From the NCBI RefSeq assembly GCF_006345805.1, contig NC_043009.1, positions 30,442,001 through 30,506,000 on the forward strand: 64,000 nucleotides of DNA, given 5' to 3'. Every line of letters begins with the position of its first letter. Position 1 is the first letter of the stretch. Shown piece by piece: positions 1 to 13,095 of the stretch. The stretch comes from Octopus sinensis. Lineage: Eukaryota. Under the pieces are notes generated by a model. It ran no database searches. It was not told where the DNA came from and saw only the letters and a program-made list of their open reading frames with translations. The position numbers and the translations under genes are program-made.

Positions 1-299
1 CAAAAGACACAAGTACAATTGGCACTAAAGTAACTAATAGTAGAAGTGAGCATCAACATTGCTAGAAATAAGAGTTAAAACAACCCTTAGTCAAGGGCAG
101 AGCATTGTATATTGACTGACAAGGGAGGCATCCTCCGTACAGCAAGTGACAGTGTCAGATCACTGGTGATGCTACTCCATTGCCTAGAGTTAAGCTAACT
201 TGCATTTTATATATATATACACACACACACACGACCTTAAAACCTCAAGAGTAATCAAGAGAGACAGAGACAGTCAGAAATAAGGAAAATGCCCCTTGT

Positions 300-380
300 A
301 TTTGAATACTTTTAAAAAACTTTTTAATTTTTCCAAAATTTGTTGAAAATGTCTCAATAACCGAAACCGGTACTTGACTT
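300..380 (+). repeat. Degenerate Penelope-like terminal repeat fragment with decayed hammerhead motif
   Basis: gTTGAAAAtgtctcaataaccGAAACCGGTAct (342-374) and the upstream T-rich tract match the reverse complement of 33271-33360; helices I and II are mismatched. Confidence 0.6.
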
Positions 381-819
381 TTTCTCCATATATATATATG
401 CCAACTCGTGTGTTCCTTTTCAACCTTCTACATACATAATACATACATACATATATATACATGTAAATGTTTATTACCTCTAACAGTTTATACTCCAGTT
501 ACACGCATCACTGCTTCACACACATCTGGTCCAGTGGTGTTTCTGCAACAAAATAAATCCTGTGCAATTGGTTGAATGTAAGGTTGCTAGTAGTGTTTAG
601 TCTTAATGAGGAGGATTAGACCTGTTGTGTGTTGCTACCACAGACAATGTACATCCTGTTATGTGGTCAGTATTATTAGAGAACTAATGTCAACCATTTT
701 ACATTCACAAATAAGGAAAGGAAAGGAAATTTTAAAGTAGGGTGTGGTCCCTTGATCCATTTATAAGAGAGTCCAATCAATCAAAGATGCATAAGTGGAT
801 CCAAATGACAAAGATGATG

Positions 820-1170
820 ATTATTATAATGATGATGAGGAGGTGGAGGATGAAGGAAGATAATGGTGACGATGATGATGATGACAACGACGATGATAAT
901 CATGGTGATTATGATGATAAGGATAAAGATGATAATGATGGTGATGGTCATTACGATAGTGATTACGATGGTGAATATGATGAGGAGGAGGATGACGATG
1001 ATGAGGATGAAAATGACAATGACACCACTGATCAATGATCACCGTAATGATGACGATGAAAAAAGGAAATGATGCTTATGCTGGTGATGAAGATGATGAT
1101 GCTACTGACAATAATAATGGTGATGATGATGTTGTTGATGATGATGATGATGACAATGATGTCGATTACA
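820..1170. repeat. Degenerate (GAT/GAC)n trinucleotide microsatellite
   Basis: Imperfect GAT/GAC/GGT triplet run, giving acidic, His-rich and Ile-rich ORFs on both strands. Confidence 0.9.
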
Positions 1171-1724
1171 ATATACTTTCATCACGAACAACATATATGT
1201 TATATTCATATTTTAATGTGTATTTCTAATATATTGCATAAGTTTGTACAAGTTGTAATGTCGAGACAGTACATAGCAAGACATAATAATATTCTTCTCA
1301 ATTCTAATGTCGTAAATTGGCTAACCCAATACCTGAGATCTGACTTTGCCATTTCCTGCTGTGTCTGCATAGATCTTTGGAATATTGTCTACTTTTACCA
1401 AAACATAATAAAATATTGAAATTTATATAAATACACAAGTACACAAATGAGAAAAAAGAAATTTTTTTTTTCAAAAACATTGCAGAATAGAAACAAGGTC
1501 ATCCATACTTGATACTAGAAACCCAGTAAATCTTTTGTGTACAGTTTTGTCTATAAAATATATTTCAAATCAATATCTTTACTCAAACAAACATCGACAT
1601 TGCTCATATGCATATAGGAATGTGTGAGAGTGAAACACACACACACACACATATATATATACTATGTATGTTGTGCACATGCTTGTATGTATGTTTCCAC
1701 TTGTATGTATATATGTATGTATGC

Positions 1725-1761
<37 letters not shown>

Positions 1762-2583
1762 ATATATATACACACACATACACATGCACATATGCATATT
1801 ATATATATAACAAATATAAATTTATATATATATGTTTAAATGTATAAATATATATTTATGTATATATGTGTGTATTATATGTGTGTGTGTATATTTATAT
1901 ATATATATAGAGAGAGAGATAGATAAATACATTGGTGCATAGATATAAACACACAACTCTATATAGATAGATATATATAGATATATACACACATATATAT
2001 GTGTCATGTGTATATATATCCATACACACATATTTATGTACCTATATACATATATATATATATATATATATTACATATGTATAGCTATCTATTTATCTAT
2101 ATCTTTATCTACATTTATCTACATTTATATATATATATATATATATATATACTTGTCTCTATCTGTTTTGTTTGATATTTCAGACGTCTCTATCTGGTGT
2201 TTATATAGCCTGAGAAGAGATCAGTTTATTGTTATGAATTCAATAAAAGAATTTTAATTTATGTAGCTGTCTCTATTTGAAAACAACTAGAATTTAGTGT
2301 ATCTCAGACAATTGTTGAACCTTATATGGACATTCCATGGCATGTATGACAAGTCTGGAACTGAATGGAGTCAGTGTTCTTTCCTGAAAGAAGTATATAA
2401 CATACATATATATACAAGTGTATGAATGTGTGTGTATACACATATACTTATAAATATCGATGTATTAATATATGTTTATATCTCTCTCTTTTTCTCCCCT
2501 AGTTTCTCTGCGTATATATGTGTATATATATATAATGTATATATCAACATACACGTGTATCTAGAAATATAATTTTTAGGTCA

Positions 2584-2773
2584 TTATTAAGCTATATACA
2601 CATATAAGCACACACCTAAACACACATACAGACACGCACACATATACATACAAACATACATACATATGTACATATATATCTTATTAAGCTATATACACAT
2701 CTAAGCACACACCTAAACACACATATAGACATGCACACATATACATACACACATACATATGTACTTATATATA
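2584..2773. repeat. Tandem duplication, ~97-bp unit x2
   Basis: ttattaagctatatacacat...acatatgtac starts at 2584 and again at 2681. Confidence 0.85.
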
Positions 2774-3032
2774 CCTGTAATATACACTTTCCCTTTCTCT
2801 GTTTCAGTATGCCTATCAGTTTTCTAAAATCCTTGTTTGCTTCAAATAGTATTTTTCTCAGGAAAATATTTTAAAAATATAAGCAAAGGTTTTGTTATGT
2901 GACTTAACCAATTTTCTTGTTTTTCCCAGAATATTATATATTTTTTCAAACATTTTATTTAATTGTTTTGCACACTTGTTTTTTGACTGATTTCCCTGAC
3001 ACTATTTCATACTTCTTATTTTCCTTTAAATA

Positions 3033-3099
<67 letters not shown>

Positions 3100-3918
3100 T
3101 ACACACACACATATATAAACATATATACTTAGTCATACTCTCTCTCTCTCTCTCACATATATATATATATATACACACATATATACACATATATATACAT
3201 ATGTATATATATATACATACGTATATAGATAGATGGATAGACATTGATACAAATGTCGATATATATATATATATAATATATTATAATATATATATATATT
3301 ATATATATGTATATATATGTATGTGTGTGCGTGTATGTATGTATGTGTGTGTGTATGTAAAAAGAAAATTTCATACATATACCTGTACCTATATTTACAC
3401 ACACATATGTACATACATGTGCCTGTGTGTGTATTTGCCATGAACTAGTCTGATATGTAGAGTAAGAAATGCCTAGAAAACGGAATGAAGGAAAAGACGA
3501 AAAAAAATTTCAAATTGGTTTCATATTAAGTTACGTCCTGAAATTTTACTATCTAAGAGATAATAACTCTTTTACAAAAACTGTGTTTTATATTGAGAGG
3601 AAAAACAAAAATTTTATAATTTTTTACGAGTTGCTTCTGTTTTCATTTTTTGTCATTATTCTTATTATCATTGATATTATTGTTGTCATAGTTGTTATTT
3701 TTCTCTTGTTGGTTACCCCTGTCGATGTTGCTGCTGCTGTTGAAGGCGAATGTTGCAATCGTAGTGGTGGTCGTATTATCACCATCAACTTCACCATCAG
3801 TCATCATCATCATCATCTCCTACCTCTTCATGTCCTTCAACAGCACCGTTAATAAGAATGAAACACAAATTATAACTATGCACATGTCATTATTAAAAAA
3901 TACTCATCTTAAATATAC

Positions 3919-3969
<51 letters not shown>

Positions 3970-4319
3970 TATATATATATATATATAGATATATATATAT
4001 ATATATATATTTGTGAGTGTGCACGTGTGAGTGTATTTGTGTGGGTTTTTTTTATCTCTTTGCTAAACAATTTTTAACATATTTCTTGTAACTATTTTTT
4101 GATTTAACTAGCCCTAATTTATTGGTTACAAAATTATTTTCAGAATATAATCAGTTCAAAAACGAAACAGAAATAGCATTTAGAAACCATGAAGAAAATT
4201 CTTGAAATATATTGAGTTTAAGAATATAATAGAAAATAATGAATGACTATAGGAAGGAGAAAATGAGCAGCGTTTTTTAGAACTTTATTCCAATATTTCT
4301 TCAAGAAATATTGATTTTA

Positions 4320-4460
4320 AATTTTGGCACTAGACTATCAATTATGAGGAGATGGTAAGTGGATTACATTGAGATCTGGTACTCAACTGGTGCTTGTTTT
4401 TGCGACCCTGAGAGAATGAAGGAGAAAGTTGATGTTGGTGGATTTGGAACTCAGAAATTC
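4320..4460 (-). mobile_element. SINE family A, degenerate fragment
   Basis: Reverse complement resembles ttctgagttcaaat...ctttcatcc...gggtcg...aagtaccagttg. Confidence 0.6.
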
Positions 4461-4469
4461 TTTGACTAA

Positions 4470-4700
4470 TATTGGTTTGCTAGAATGCCAGGTGAAACAC
4501 TTCGGTATTTCGTCTGTTGGTATTTCGTTCTGAGTTCAAATTCCACCATGGTTGACTTTGCCTTTCATCCTTTTAGGGTCGATTAAATAAGTACCAGTTA
4601 TGCAGTCAACTTAATGCCTTTGTCTGTCCTTCTATGTCCTTAATCTGTTTTTGTTTGTCCCCGCTACGTTTAGCTCCATGTGGACAATAAAGAAATAAAT
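4470..4700 (+). mobile_element. SINE family A (tRNA-derived), degenerate
   Basis: ttctgagttcaaattccaccatggttgactttgcctttcatcc...aataagtaccag...aaagaaata. Confidence 0.8.
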
Positions 4701-5639
4701 ACTGATTTATTGTTTGTGCTCTAAATGACAGTCTGTCAGGCAGTGGTGGATCTACTAAAGAACTTCTGAACCTTAAGCTTCATGCCCCTTATCGCGGAGG
4801 GGCTCCTCTGAAGCAACTTAATATTTTTCACACTGTCAATTGTTATGTTTTTGTATTTTGCTGTGCAGATTACTGTTATCAGTCTTAGAAGACAACATCA
4901 TCTCGTACTCCTACGCAGAGTCTAGCCACGAGCTGTTCCGGCCGCTGTTTTTGCTGGAGTGGAATATTATTAAAAATAAAAGTACAAACAACTCGCAGAT
5001 AATTCGCCTTTCTTGAATAATTTGGAAACTTCAGCCCTGCTCCTCCCAACATCAAATATATTTACTACTACATGATTATGGTGAAGATAAGAATTCTTAT
5101 TATCTCGGCGGAACACCATTATTTAATGACTAATGAAACTGTTTGCCTCCTAATTTTGGACTTATAATCTGTTCAGTAACAAAGCATTTTTTTCTAATTT
5201 AAAAATTGTTTCAATATCAACTTGTACAAAATGACCAACACCTCATTTATGACTATATATTAAGTTGTGGTCCCTTATCTTGATTGATCTCTATTTTGCT
5301 GTGGCGAATGGAAATATTACCGCCAATTTTTTTTCCACAGGGTCTAGGCCCCAAGAGGAATAGCAATGTCTCCAAGAAAGTACTTTAGCGGATACCAGAA
5401 ATGCCACCTTAAAGAAAAGGCAATATAATGAAATTTCTAATAGTCAAAAAGTATCAAACTATTTTACAATGTCAAGTAAAAGTTTGTCATCACCTGCAAC
5501 TGAAACAAGCTATGCAAGCACCAGTGAAGTCAACGATAGTGCACAAACCATGAGTGCTCTGTTTAGCAGTGATCAGCATACTGTTGACACTTTTGGTGCA
5601 GATGATGATCACAGCGGTCAAGAACTTCATAAAGTTTTT

Positions 5640-6760
5640 GACCGCAGGAAACAAAATTAGTGATTTCAACAAATACAGTGACCTGGCAAACTGGCCCATA
5701 ATAATTGTTAATGATTTCATACAAAACTGTCTAATGCAAGGCATCAGTTTTTTGGGCTTTTTGTTTCAAAATTTAAAAAAATAGATAATGTATATACTGA
5801 ATCCAACAAGATTTACAAACAACAAAGTCAAAGTTTCTCAAACAAGTACTTTGAAAAAAGACTGGAAAATGGTCAGACTGTGATTAGATCCGGGTTAGTT
5901 TACTCAAAGAGGAAAAGCTGTATATATTGTTTTGTTTGCAAACTCTTTTCTAATGCCAAATACCACTTACAACGGGTGGGTTTTCTGATTGGATGAATAT
6001 ACTCAGAACTCTAGAAAATCATGAAGACAGTATGGAACATAATTGTGCGATGTTGAGCTGGCTTACACAAAAGTCAAATAAAAAAAAACTGTAGATCAAC
6101 AGCTTGAGGAACAGTTGAGAAAAAACATGCAATACTATTTTGAAATATGAAGTGAATAACATCGAAAAATACCTTAAGAATGAGAACCCAGGTTCGAAAT
6201 TTCCCCTAGACACCTGATGAAGGCTGGAGGGTATGTAAGCCGAAATATGATGAGGACAAATATCAATCAAATGTAAATAATGTGAGTGAAAGAGGTTTAG
6301 CATTTAGCGGTCATGAAGAAAGTGGGGCTCCCCAAACACTGGAAATTTCATGGGGACCATTGAGCTCATTGTGGAGTTTGACCCATTTTTACTTGAACAT
6401 TTAGAGAAATGTAAAAATGGAAAAGTAAATATTATTTATCTCTCCAGATCTATGTATGAAGAATTCGTAGAAATCATGGGAAAACATGGAAAAGATGGAG
6501 TGGTGAATCATATCAACAACCTGGACACCAAATACAATTCAATTGTGATTCTACACCTGACGTGACATGTTCACCAGCTGGTAATAGTGGTTCGATGCTG
6601 TTATAATGGAAAGCCCCGTGAGAAACTTTTAGAATTTTTGCCAATAGAAAACCATTCATCCACGACCTTGTTCAACAAAATAACACAATTTCTGGGGGAG
6701 TATGGTGACATGTTCGCAATTACTTTATTCAATTATATATCCAAAAGTTGTTTTTTAACA
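5640..6760 (+). pseudogene. Decayed hAT-superfamily transposase (TTF-type zinc finger and DUF4371-like region), interrupted by an HHR repeat
   Basis: Broken frames give KYFEKRLENGQTVIRSGLVYSKRKSCIYCFVCKLF (zf-TTF-like), GLAFSGHEE..MGTIELIVEFDPFLLEHL and VRCCYNGKPREKLLEFLPIENHSSTTL; several stops and frameshifts. Confidence 0.8.
6153..6283 (+). mobile_element. HHR-bearing repeat (family H1), copy with helix III and the 3' strand of helix I deleted
   Basis: gacac CTGATGA aggctggagggtatgtaagcc GAAA at 6209-6245; same repeat as 22668-22809 and 57080-57235. Confidence 0.85.
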
Positions 6761-6884
6761 AAAATTATATTAATTCTCAAAATTAATTTCACAGTTTTAG
6801 ATTCTTTTAAAATCATAAAAAATAATAATCCATAATGATGCTTGGCTTTCCATTTGTTACAATGATGAGTGCTCTGGATAATCC

Positions 6885-7007
6885 GTGTCTTGGGGAAATT
6901 TCGAACCTCGGTTCTCATTCTTAAGGTATTTTTCGATGTTATTCACTTCATATTTCAAAATAGCACTGCATGTTTCTTCTCAACTGTTCCTCAAGCTGCT
7001 GATCTAC
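6885..7007 (-). repeat. 123-bp inverted duplication of 6091-6213 (hAT/H1 junction)
   Basis: Reverse complement gtagatcagcagcttgaggaacagttgag...ttccccaagacac matches 6091-6213. Confidence 0.85.
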
Positions 7008-7024
7008 TGCACATGAAACAACCT

Positions 7025-7195
7025 TACAAGTGGCTGAGTATTCCACAGACATGCACGCCCTTAACATAGTTCTCAGGAGAATTCAGGGTGACAAAGAGTA
7101 TGACAAGGCAAACCCTTTGATTAACAGGTACATCTCATTATTACCAGCTGAGCAGGGAACTGGAGCAGCTTGAAATAGTGATTTGCCCAAGGTTA
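7025..7195 (+). mobile_element. SINE family C body fragment
   Basis: aagtggctgagtattccacagacatg...gtgacaaagagtatgacaagg is homologous to 51270-51360. Confidence 0.65.
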
Positions 7196-7350
7196 CAATG
7201 TGCCACCAGTTCAAATTCTGCCGAGGTCGACTTTGCCTTTCACCCTTTCGGCGTTGATAAATTAAGTACCAGTTGTGTACTGGATCAGATGTAATCGATT
7301 GGCCCCCTTCCCCAAAATGTCGGGCCTTGGGCCTAGAGTAGAAAAGAATA
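7195..7350 (+). mobile_element. SINE family A, 5'-truncated
   Basis: agttcaaattctgccgaggtcgactttgcc...aagtaccagttg...gcctagagtagaaaagaata. Confidence 0.8.
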
Positions 7351-7414
7351 TGCTGTGCTTGAGAAGGACACCCATCAAACAAAGTGAAATCGCAATCGTG
7401 GCAGATATTGGAGT

Positions 7415-7612
7415 CATGCAAAGTGACACCTGTGCTGGGGGCACGTAAATGCCCTTATTATGCTTACGGAGTGGTTGATGATATGAAAGCATCCAGCCAT
7501 AGAAACCGTGCTAAATCTAAGGTCTGGTGCAGCCCCTCAGCTTACCAGCCCTAGTCAAACCCGTCCAATCCATACCAGCATGGACAACGGAAGCTAAATG
7601 ATGATGATGAGA
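7415..7612 (+). mobile_element. Retroposon 3' tail (probably RTE-related) ending in (GAT)n
   Basis: ggcacgtaaa...gcatccagccatagaaacc...gtccaatccataccagcatggacaacgg..aaatgatgatgatga. Confidence 0.55.
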
Positions 7613-7699
7613 TATAAGATCCAAGGATCAAAATGCTGGAAGAATATTAGCTTGAAGCAATTTGTAGTAAATATATAAAAAAAACATCTATCAGAGACA

Positions 7700-8454
7700 A
7701 TAGGGGTTTATTGGGGTGAAAGGTCGCGGATTATTTTTTGCAAAGGTTGAAACAAAGATACAGCATGCTTCTATGAAATTCTCTCTTCTGCCGGGGAAAA
7801 CGGCTGCAGAAACAGTTGTCATGATTCAAACAGCTTACAAGGTCACTGCCATGAGCAAAATGAGTTTATGAGTGGTTTTCACGTCTTTAGCTATGGTCTC
7901 TTCTCGCTTGAAGACCAATCTCGTTCAGGGCGACTGTCGACATTTAAACAAGTGAAGACATCATGAAAATTCATGTACTGATCGTGGCGGATAGTCGCAA
8001 AAAAATGACGAGCTTGTTGATGTGACTAGTGTGTTCTGGAGCTCCTGTCGACGAATTTTCAGCAAGGAATTGGGAATGAAAAGAGTTACAACAAAATCTG
8101 TGCCCTGCTTGCTCATGGAAGATCAAAAGCAACAATGACTGAATATGTGTCATGAACTGAAAGAACAGTTGGAAGTTGATCCGGATCTTTTTCGAAGGTA
8201 ATCATTGGAGACGAAAGCTGATACTACGCAATTTGCAGATGTGGAAGAGGCAAAGAAAAATAAAATGGCAGTGGCGTTAAAAGGCATCACTTTGCAAGAG
8301 TTCCAGCACTGATTCGGACAGTGGAAAACACATCTAGAGCAATGCATTGCTTCAAATGGAGAATATTTTGAAGGTGATAAAAGTGTAAATATGTTAAACT
8401 AAGTGAATAAAATAACATTGCAGAAATCTAGTTTCTTTTGGGTACCTTTTCATA
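7700..8454 (+). mobile_element. Internally deleted mariner (Tc1/mariner) element
   Basis: GKTAAETVVMIQTAYK (HTH), GMKRVTTKSVP, IIGDES (first catalytic D, 8201-8218), HLEQCIASNGEYFEG; TIR-like end gtttcttttgggtaccttttcaTA. Confidence 0.85.
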
Positions 8455-8800
8455 TAGATATATATATGTGTGTGTGTGTGTGTGTGTATTGATATTCATA
8501 TACGCATATACATACATATATGTATTTGTCAGTTACAACTTTGGAAATGGATAACTTTTATTCTGTACTTGGATATATATATATATATCGTCTGTAAAAG
8601 ACATAAATCTGATCTCGCTGGAGTGGCCTTATACCGGCCTTATCTAGTTTATATATATATGTATGTATGTCTATCAATTAATGTCTATTTCCTGCCCTGG
8701 TATGAGTTGGATGGTTTGACTAGAGCTGCCCAGGTACAGAGCTGCACCAGACTACAATTGTCTGGTTTCGCATAAATGAGTTAGTGAATGTGTGTTTATA

Positions 8801-8876
<76 letters not shown>

Positions 8877-8899
8877 TATATATATATCTATATATATAT

Positions 8900-9110
8900 G
8901 TTTATATGCATACATAGATACATGCATAGATAGACAGATAGACAGACAGATAGATAGGCATATAAATGTATAGATAGGTAGATAGATGTATAGATAGGCA
9001 GATAAATGTATAGACAGACGGACAGATGTATATACAGACGGACAGATGTATAGACAGACGGACAGATAGATAGACAGATGGATAGATAGATGGATCGATA
9101 GATAGATACT
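8900..9110. repeat. (GATA/GACA)n-derived microsatellite with ~20-bp higher-order units
   Basis: atagacagacggacagatgt repeated within a GATA tract. Confidence 0.85.
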
Positions 9111-9989
9111 CAAGGGCTGAATGTCTACCAACATACACTTCCTATACTCAAAAAGAAGCTGCTCACCTTCAGAATCATAATTCTCCTCTCCCTTTCACTC
9201 CCTTCCTCATCCAACAAACAGTGCTATTAATACTACTATCATCAAGAATAATACTGATACTGCTAATACTACAAATGCTACTACTACTACTACTAACAAC
9301 AACAACAGTAATAACATCTACCATCATAAACACTATTGTTGGTGCGATAGCAATTGTTACATATCATTCGAGACATAAGCAGATTTCCATGCATTATTTA
9401 ATACGTAAAAGAAATTAAAACAAATAAATAAACATACATTAAGACAAAATTTAATAAAAAAATAAGTAAGAGGCAGGAAAATAATAAGTTTTCTAAATTG
9501 TGAATTTAAATCTAATTTCACAACTTAATTTTTCTTGTAAATATCTGTTCTGCAAATAATTTCTCAATGAGATTATAAATATGATATTATCTGATTAATA
9601 CTGCTATAAAATATTACTGCAAATTAATGGGAGATTTATTGTTTCTTAATCACTTAAAGTTTTGATACATATATGTGCACACATATGCATATATTCACAC
9701 ATACACACATATATAATGTATGCATGTATCTATATATATATATATATATACACACATTCATGTGTATATGTATAAATCTTTCTGTCAACATCCATATGTG
9801 TGTGTTTGTATATATATATAATATACAGTCAAACACACACAGCACATGCACACATTCATACCGAGAAGCAGTCCACAACTATTCATATATACACTTCTCA
9901 TATACTCACGTATTTCTACATACACAGCACATAATCTTCTATACATGCATACACATATACACACCCATTTACACATGCTTATATTCATA

Positions 9990-10133
9990 TATGGGAAGCT
10001 TGCTTGCCAGTCACATAGTTCCAGGTTCAGCGCCACTCCGTGACACCTTGGGCAAACGTCTTCTACTGCAAACTCGGGATAACCATAATCTTGTGAGTGG
10101 ATATGGTAGACAGAAAGTGAAAGAAGCCCGTCG
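9990..10133 (+). mobile_element. SINE family B head/body, degenerate
   Basis: agcttgcttgcc...gttccaggttcag...accttgggcaa...gtgagtgga...aaagaagcccgtcg. Confidence 0.75.
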
Positions 10134-10354
10134 TATATATATATATATATATATATATCAAGTCGTAAGTGACAGAGAAATAGTTTGATGAAATTTTATT
10201 TAACGTTAAGAAAATTCAAATATTATGACACATTGTTTCGTAACTTAAAACATGTAAATATTTTATATCATGATATTTAATGATAAATAAATTACTTGCA
10301 TGTCTACTGTAACGCAAAATATAAAATATATTTCAAAATAGTGTGTGTGTGTGT

Positions 10355-10510
10355 TCCTACCACATCTTCACATCAGTTCGGCAAAAGAGATCGATAGAAC
10401 AGGTACCAGGTTTGAAGAAAGAAGTAGTAGGGTCGGTTCGTTTGAGTAGGAATTCTTCAAGGCAGTGCTCCAGCATAGCCGCAGTCTATTGACTGAAACA
10501 AATAGGATAA
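10355..10510 (+). mobile_element. SINE family B tail fragment
   Basis: gttcggcaaaagagatcgatagaa...gtgctccagcatagccgcagtc...gactgaaaca. Confidence 0.7.
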
Positions 10511-10924
10511 AAAAATATAAAACTGGTACAACGACTCATACATATACGAATATACACACATGCGCATAAGCACACATAATCTCCAAATACACATGTTCCA
10601 GATATATAAACATATATATATATACATACGAAGAGACATTAACAACACAAACGTCACGACTATCACCGGAACCATAACAACCACTACCACTAACACCACC
10701 AATGCCACCATCCCTACCAACAGTAACACGAGCCCTACCACCACCTATCCTTCGTAGTTATATGACATTTTAGAAATAGTAGCCCTATAGCCTCAAATAT
10801 TACTCAACAGTCTTACATAAGAGAACAGTAATGTGGTAAAAAGTGAATCGTGTATAGAACGACAAAGTGGCCACAGTTGGGATGTCTTTGTTTACAGACC
10901 TGTTGGACCTGCGTTAAGAATGAT

Positions 10925-11130
10925 TTAAAATTTTCAGCACAAAGCCAGTAATTTCGTGGGTGGAGGTAAGGCGATTACAGTGCTCAAGGGGTGTTTATTT
11001 TATTTACCCCCGAAACGATGAAAGGCAAAGTCAGCCTCGTCGGCATTTGAAACTCAGAACAAAAAGACGGACAAAATGCCGCTAAGCATTTGATCCAGTG
11101 TGCTAACGATTCTTGCAGCTCACCGCCTTT
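10925..11130 (-). mobile_element. SINE family A, degenerate
   Basis: gatgaaaggcaaagtc...aactcagaac...ctaagcattt...tgctaacgattcttgcagctcaccgcc is the reverse complement of the family A head and core. Confidence 0.8.
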
Positions 11131-11159
11131 CATCCGTACTAACATCAACGTCAACTAGG

Positions 11160-12000
11160 ACATGAACAACGACAACAACAACCAGAACATCAAGAACAAG
11201 AACATCACCAGCGACAACAAGAATAACACCGACATCACTTTCAATGACACTATTACTACTCCCACCGCCGCCGCCCCCATCACCACCACCACTACTACTA
11301 CTACCACCTTCACAACCACCACTACTACTACCATCACCACCACCACAATTACTATACCACCACCACCACTACTACCACTACCAATCAAGGGCATAGCCAA
11401 GTTCTAAAGTAAGGGGAGCGACCACATATAGAAATGGCACCGTGACACACGTCAAGCAATCTTTTTACTCTTTGCTGATTATACATTTTATAAAAGGCGC
11501 CAATTTTGAAAAAATGTGGTCGGGTGGAGCAGCAGCAATCGTTCTCCTTGTTCCCCATCTAGCAAGGTCACTGCTACCAATGCTAACTTCAACAGCACTA
11601 ACGGTACCACAGCCATTACTACAACCATAAGCACGTATATAATTGCGCAAACACACACACACACACACGCCACCGCCATCACCACCACTACACCACCTCC
11701 GCCACTACCACCACCACCACCATCATCATCAACAGCAGTCACGTAACCAACACCGTTACTACCACCTTACCAACAATCACACCAACCCCATCATTACAAA
11801 TACAGGGCCCTCCTACCACCACCAACACCATCGAGACATTCACTACCGACTACGTCTACCTTATCACTATCATTGCAAATAGATTTCACAGCAACCACCT
11901 CTACCACTACCACCACCAAAATTGCCAGCACTAACAGTATCATCACCACTACCACAACCATTACCACAACCACCACCACCACCATTCCTACTGACATCTA
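11160..12000. repeat. Degenerate (ACC/ACT/AAC)n trinucleotide tracts
   Basis: Thr/His/Asn-type triplet runs with interspersed CA repeats. Confidence 0.8.
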
Positions 12001-12436
12001 TAATTGCTAGAATTTCACAGTTGGTAGTATTTATTATCACCCATCTCCATTCCCTGCTGTCTCCGAACTATTGTTTTTTTAAATTTAGATTTATCCTTGT
12101 TTTTTTTTTGTGTTTTTTTACATAGTTTCTTTGCCAGATTTTTAAAATCTTTCCATAATACCTGCCACCATCACTGCCGTCATTTTCGCACAACCTCCAA
12201 ATTGAGAAAAACTTTTATAATACTGAACTGCTGGTTAATATTTTTGTCCAAATAGAATTACCAATATCTGTAATTTTCAGTTAATTGAAGAAGACACAAT
12301 TCCAGTGTTTTATTAAGAGAAAATTTAACAAGAACCCAATAAACTAGACAAAATTATATAATGACTGTCATAGAGTTAGCACACTTGTGTTTTTTTTTTA
12401 TCACTTACATTATTGCTCTTCTTGTTCCTATGGTGA

Positions 12437-12630
12437 GTTAGGCAAATCGTTAAAACGTGAAGTACATTAATACACTTGCGAAGTTTCTCCTGGTTCTCGG
12501 TTTGCTCTGAGTTCAAATCTTACTGATGTCAACTTTGCATTGTAATCCTACTTGGGTCAGTAAAAGAAAGTAATCGGATCGATATAATTAACTTAAACCC
12601 TTCCCACAAACTTGATTGACTTGTCCAAAG
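12437..12630 (+). mobile_element. SINE family A, highly degenerate
   Basis: ggtgagttaggcaaatcgtt...ctctgagttcaaatcttactgatgtcaactttgc. Confidence 0.55.
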
Positions 12631-12879
12631 ATTATACGAGTATTTACATATGCGTTCAAACAGAAATACATACATACACAAGCACGGAGAGTTAACTCAG
12701 TATTTACTTAATGAAGCTTTCATTCTGAGTTCAAATAACACCAAAGTCAATTAAACATGCCTGATGGTCATTCAGTTCGACTAAATACCTTAAAGTATTG
12801 GTCTTATCCTTCTATGGTTTGAGTTCCCATTGAAATCAACTTTTCCTTTCATAATTGGCATAAGACTACTAGATATAAC

Positions 12880-13095
12880 CTGCTACAAGCCATAGTTTTA
12901 AAAGTATCGGAAAAGGCTTAGCTTGAGGTCTAACATTCCGGGTTTTTTTCGCAGGACTTAGCAAAACTGAAGGATCGTTGCAATAAGTGTGTGAATCTCA
13001 GAAGTGAGTACGTTGAATAAAATCATAATTAAATGATTCTCCTGTTTTTTCTTCTAGACAAAGCCAGGAACTTTTCAGCATCTCCACCCCTCGTA
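12880..13095 (+). mobile_element. Mariner-derived MITE copy 1
   Basis: aaactgaaggatcgttgcaataagtgtgtgaatctcagaagtgagtacgttgaataa (transposase C-terminus) and 3' TIR aaagccaggaacttttcagcatc..cctcgTA; homologous to 39548-39764. Confidence 0.8.

Noticed and set aside
742-1229. Asp/Glu-rich and Met/Ile-rich ORFs
   Set aside because: Translations of a (GAT)n microsatellite that is open on both strands; no unique domain
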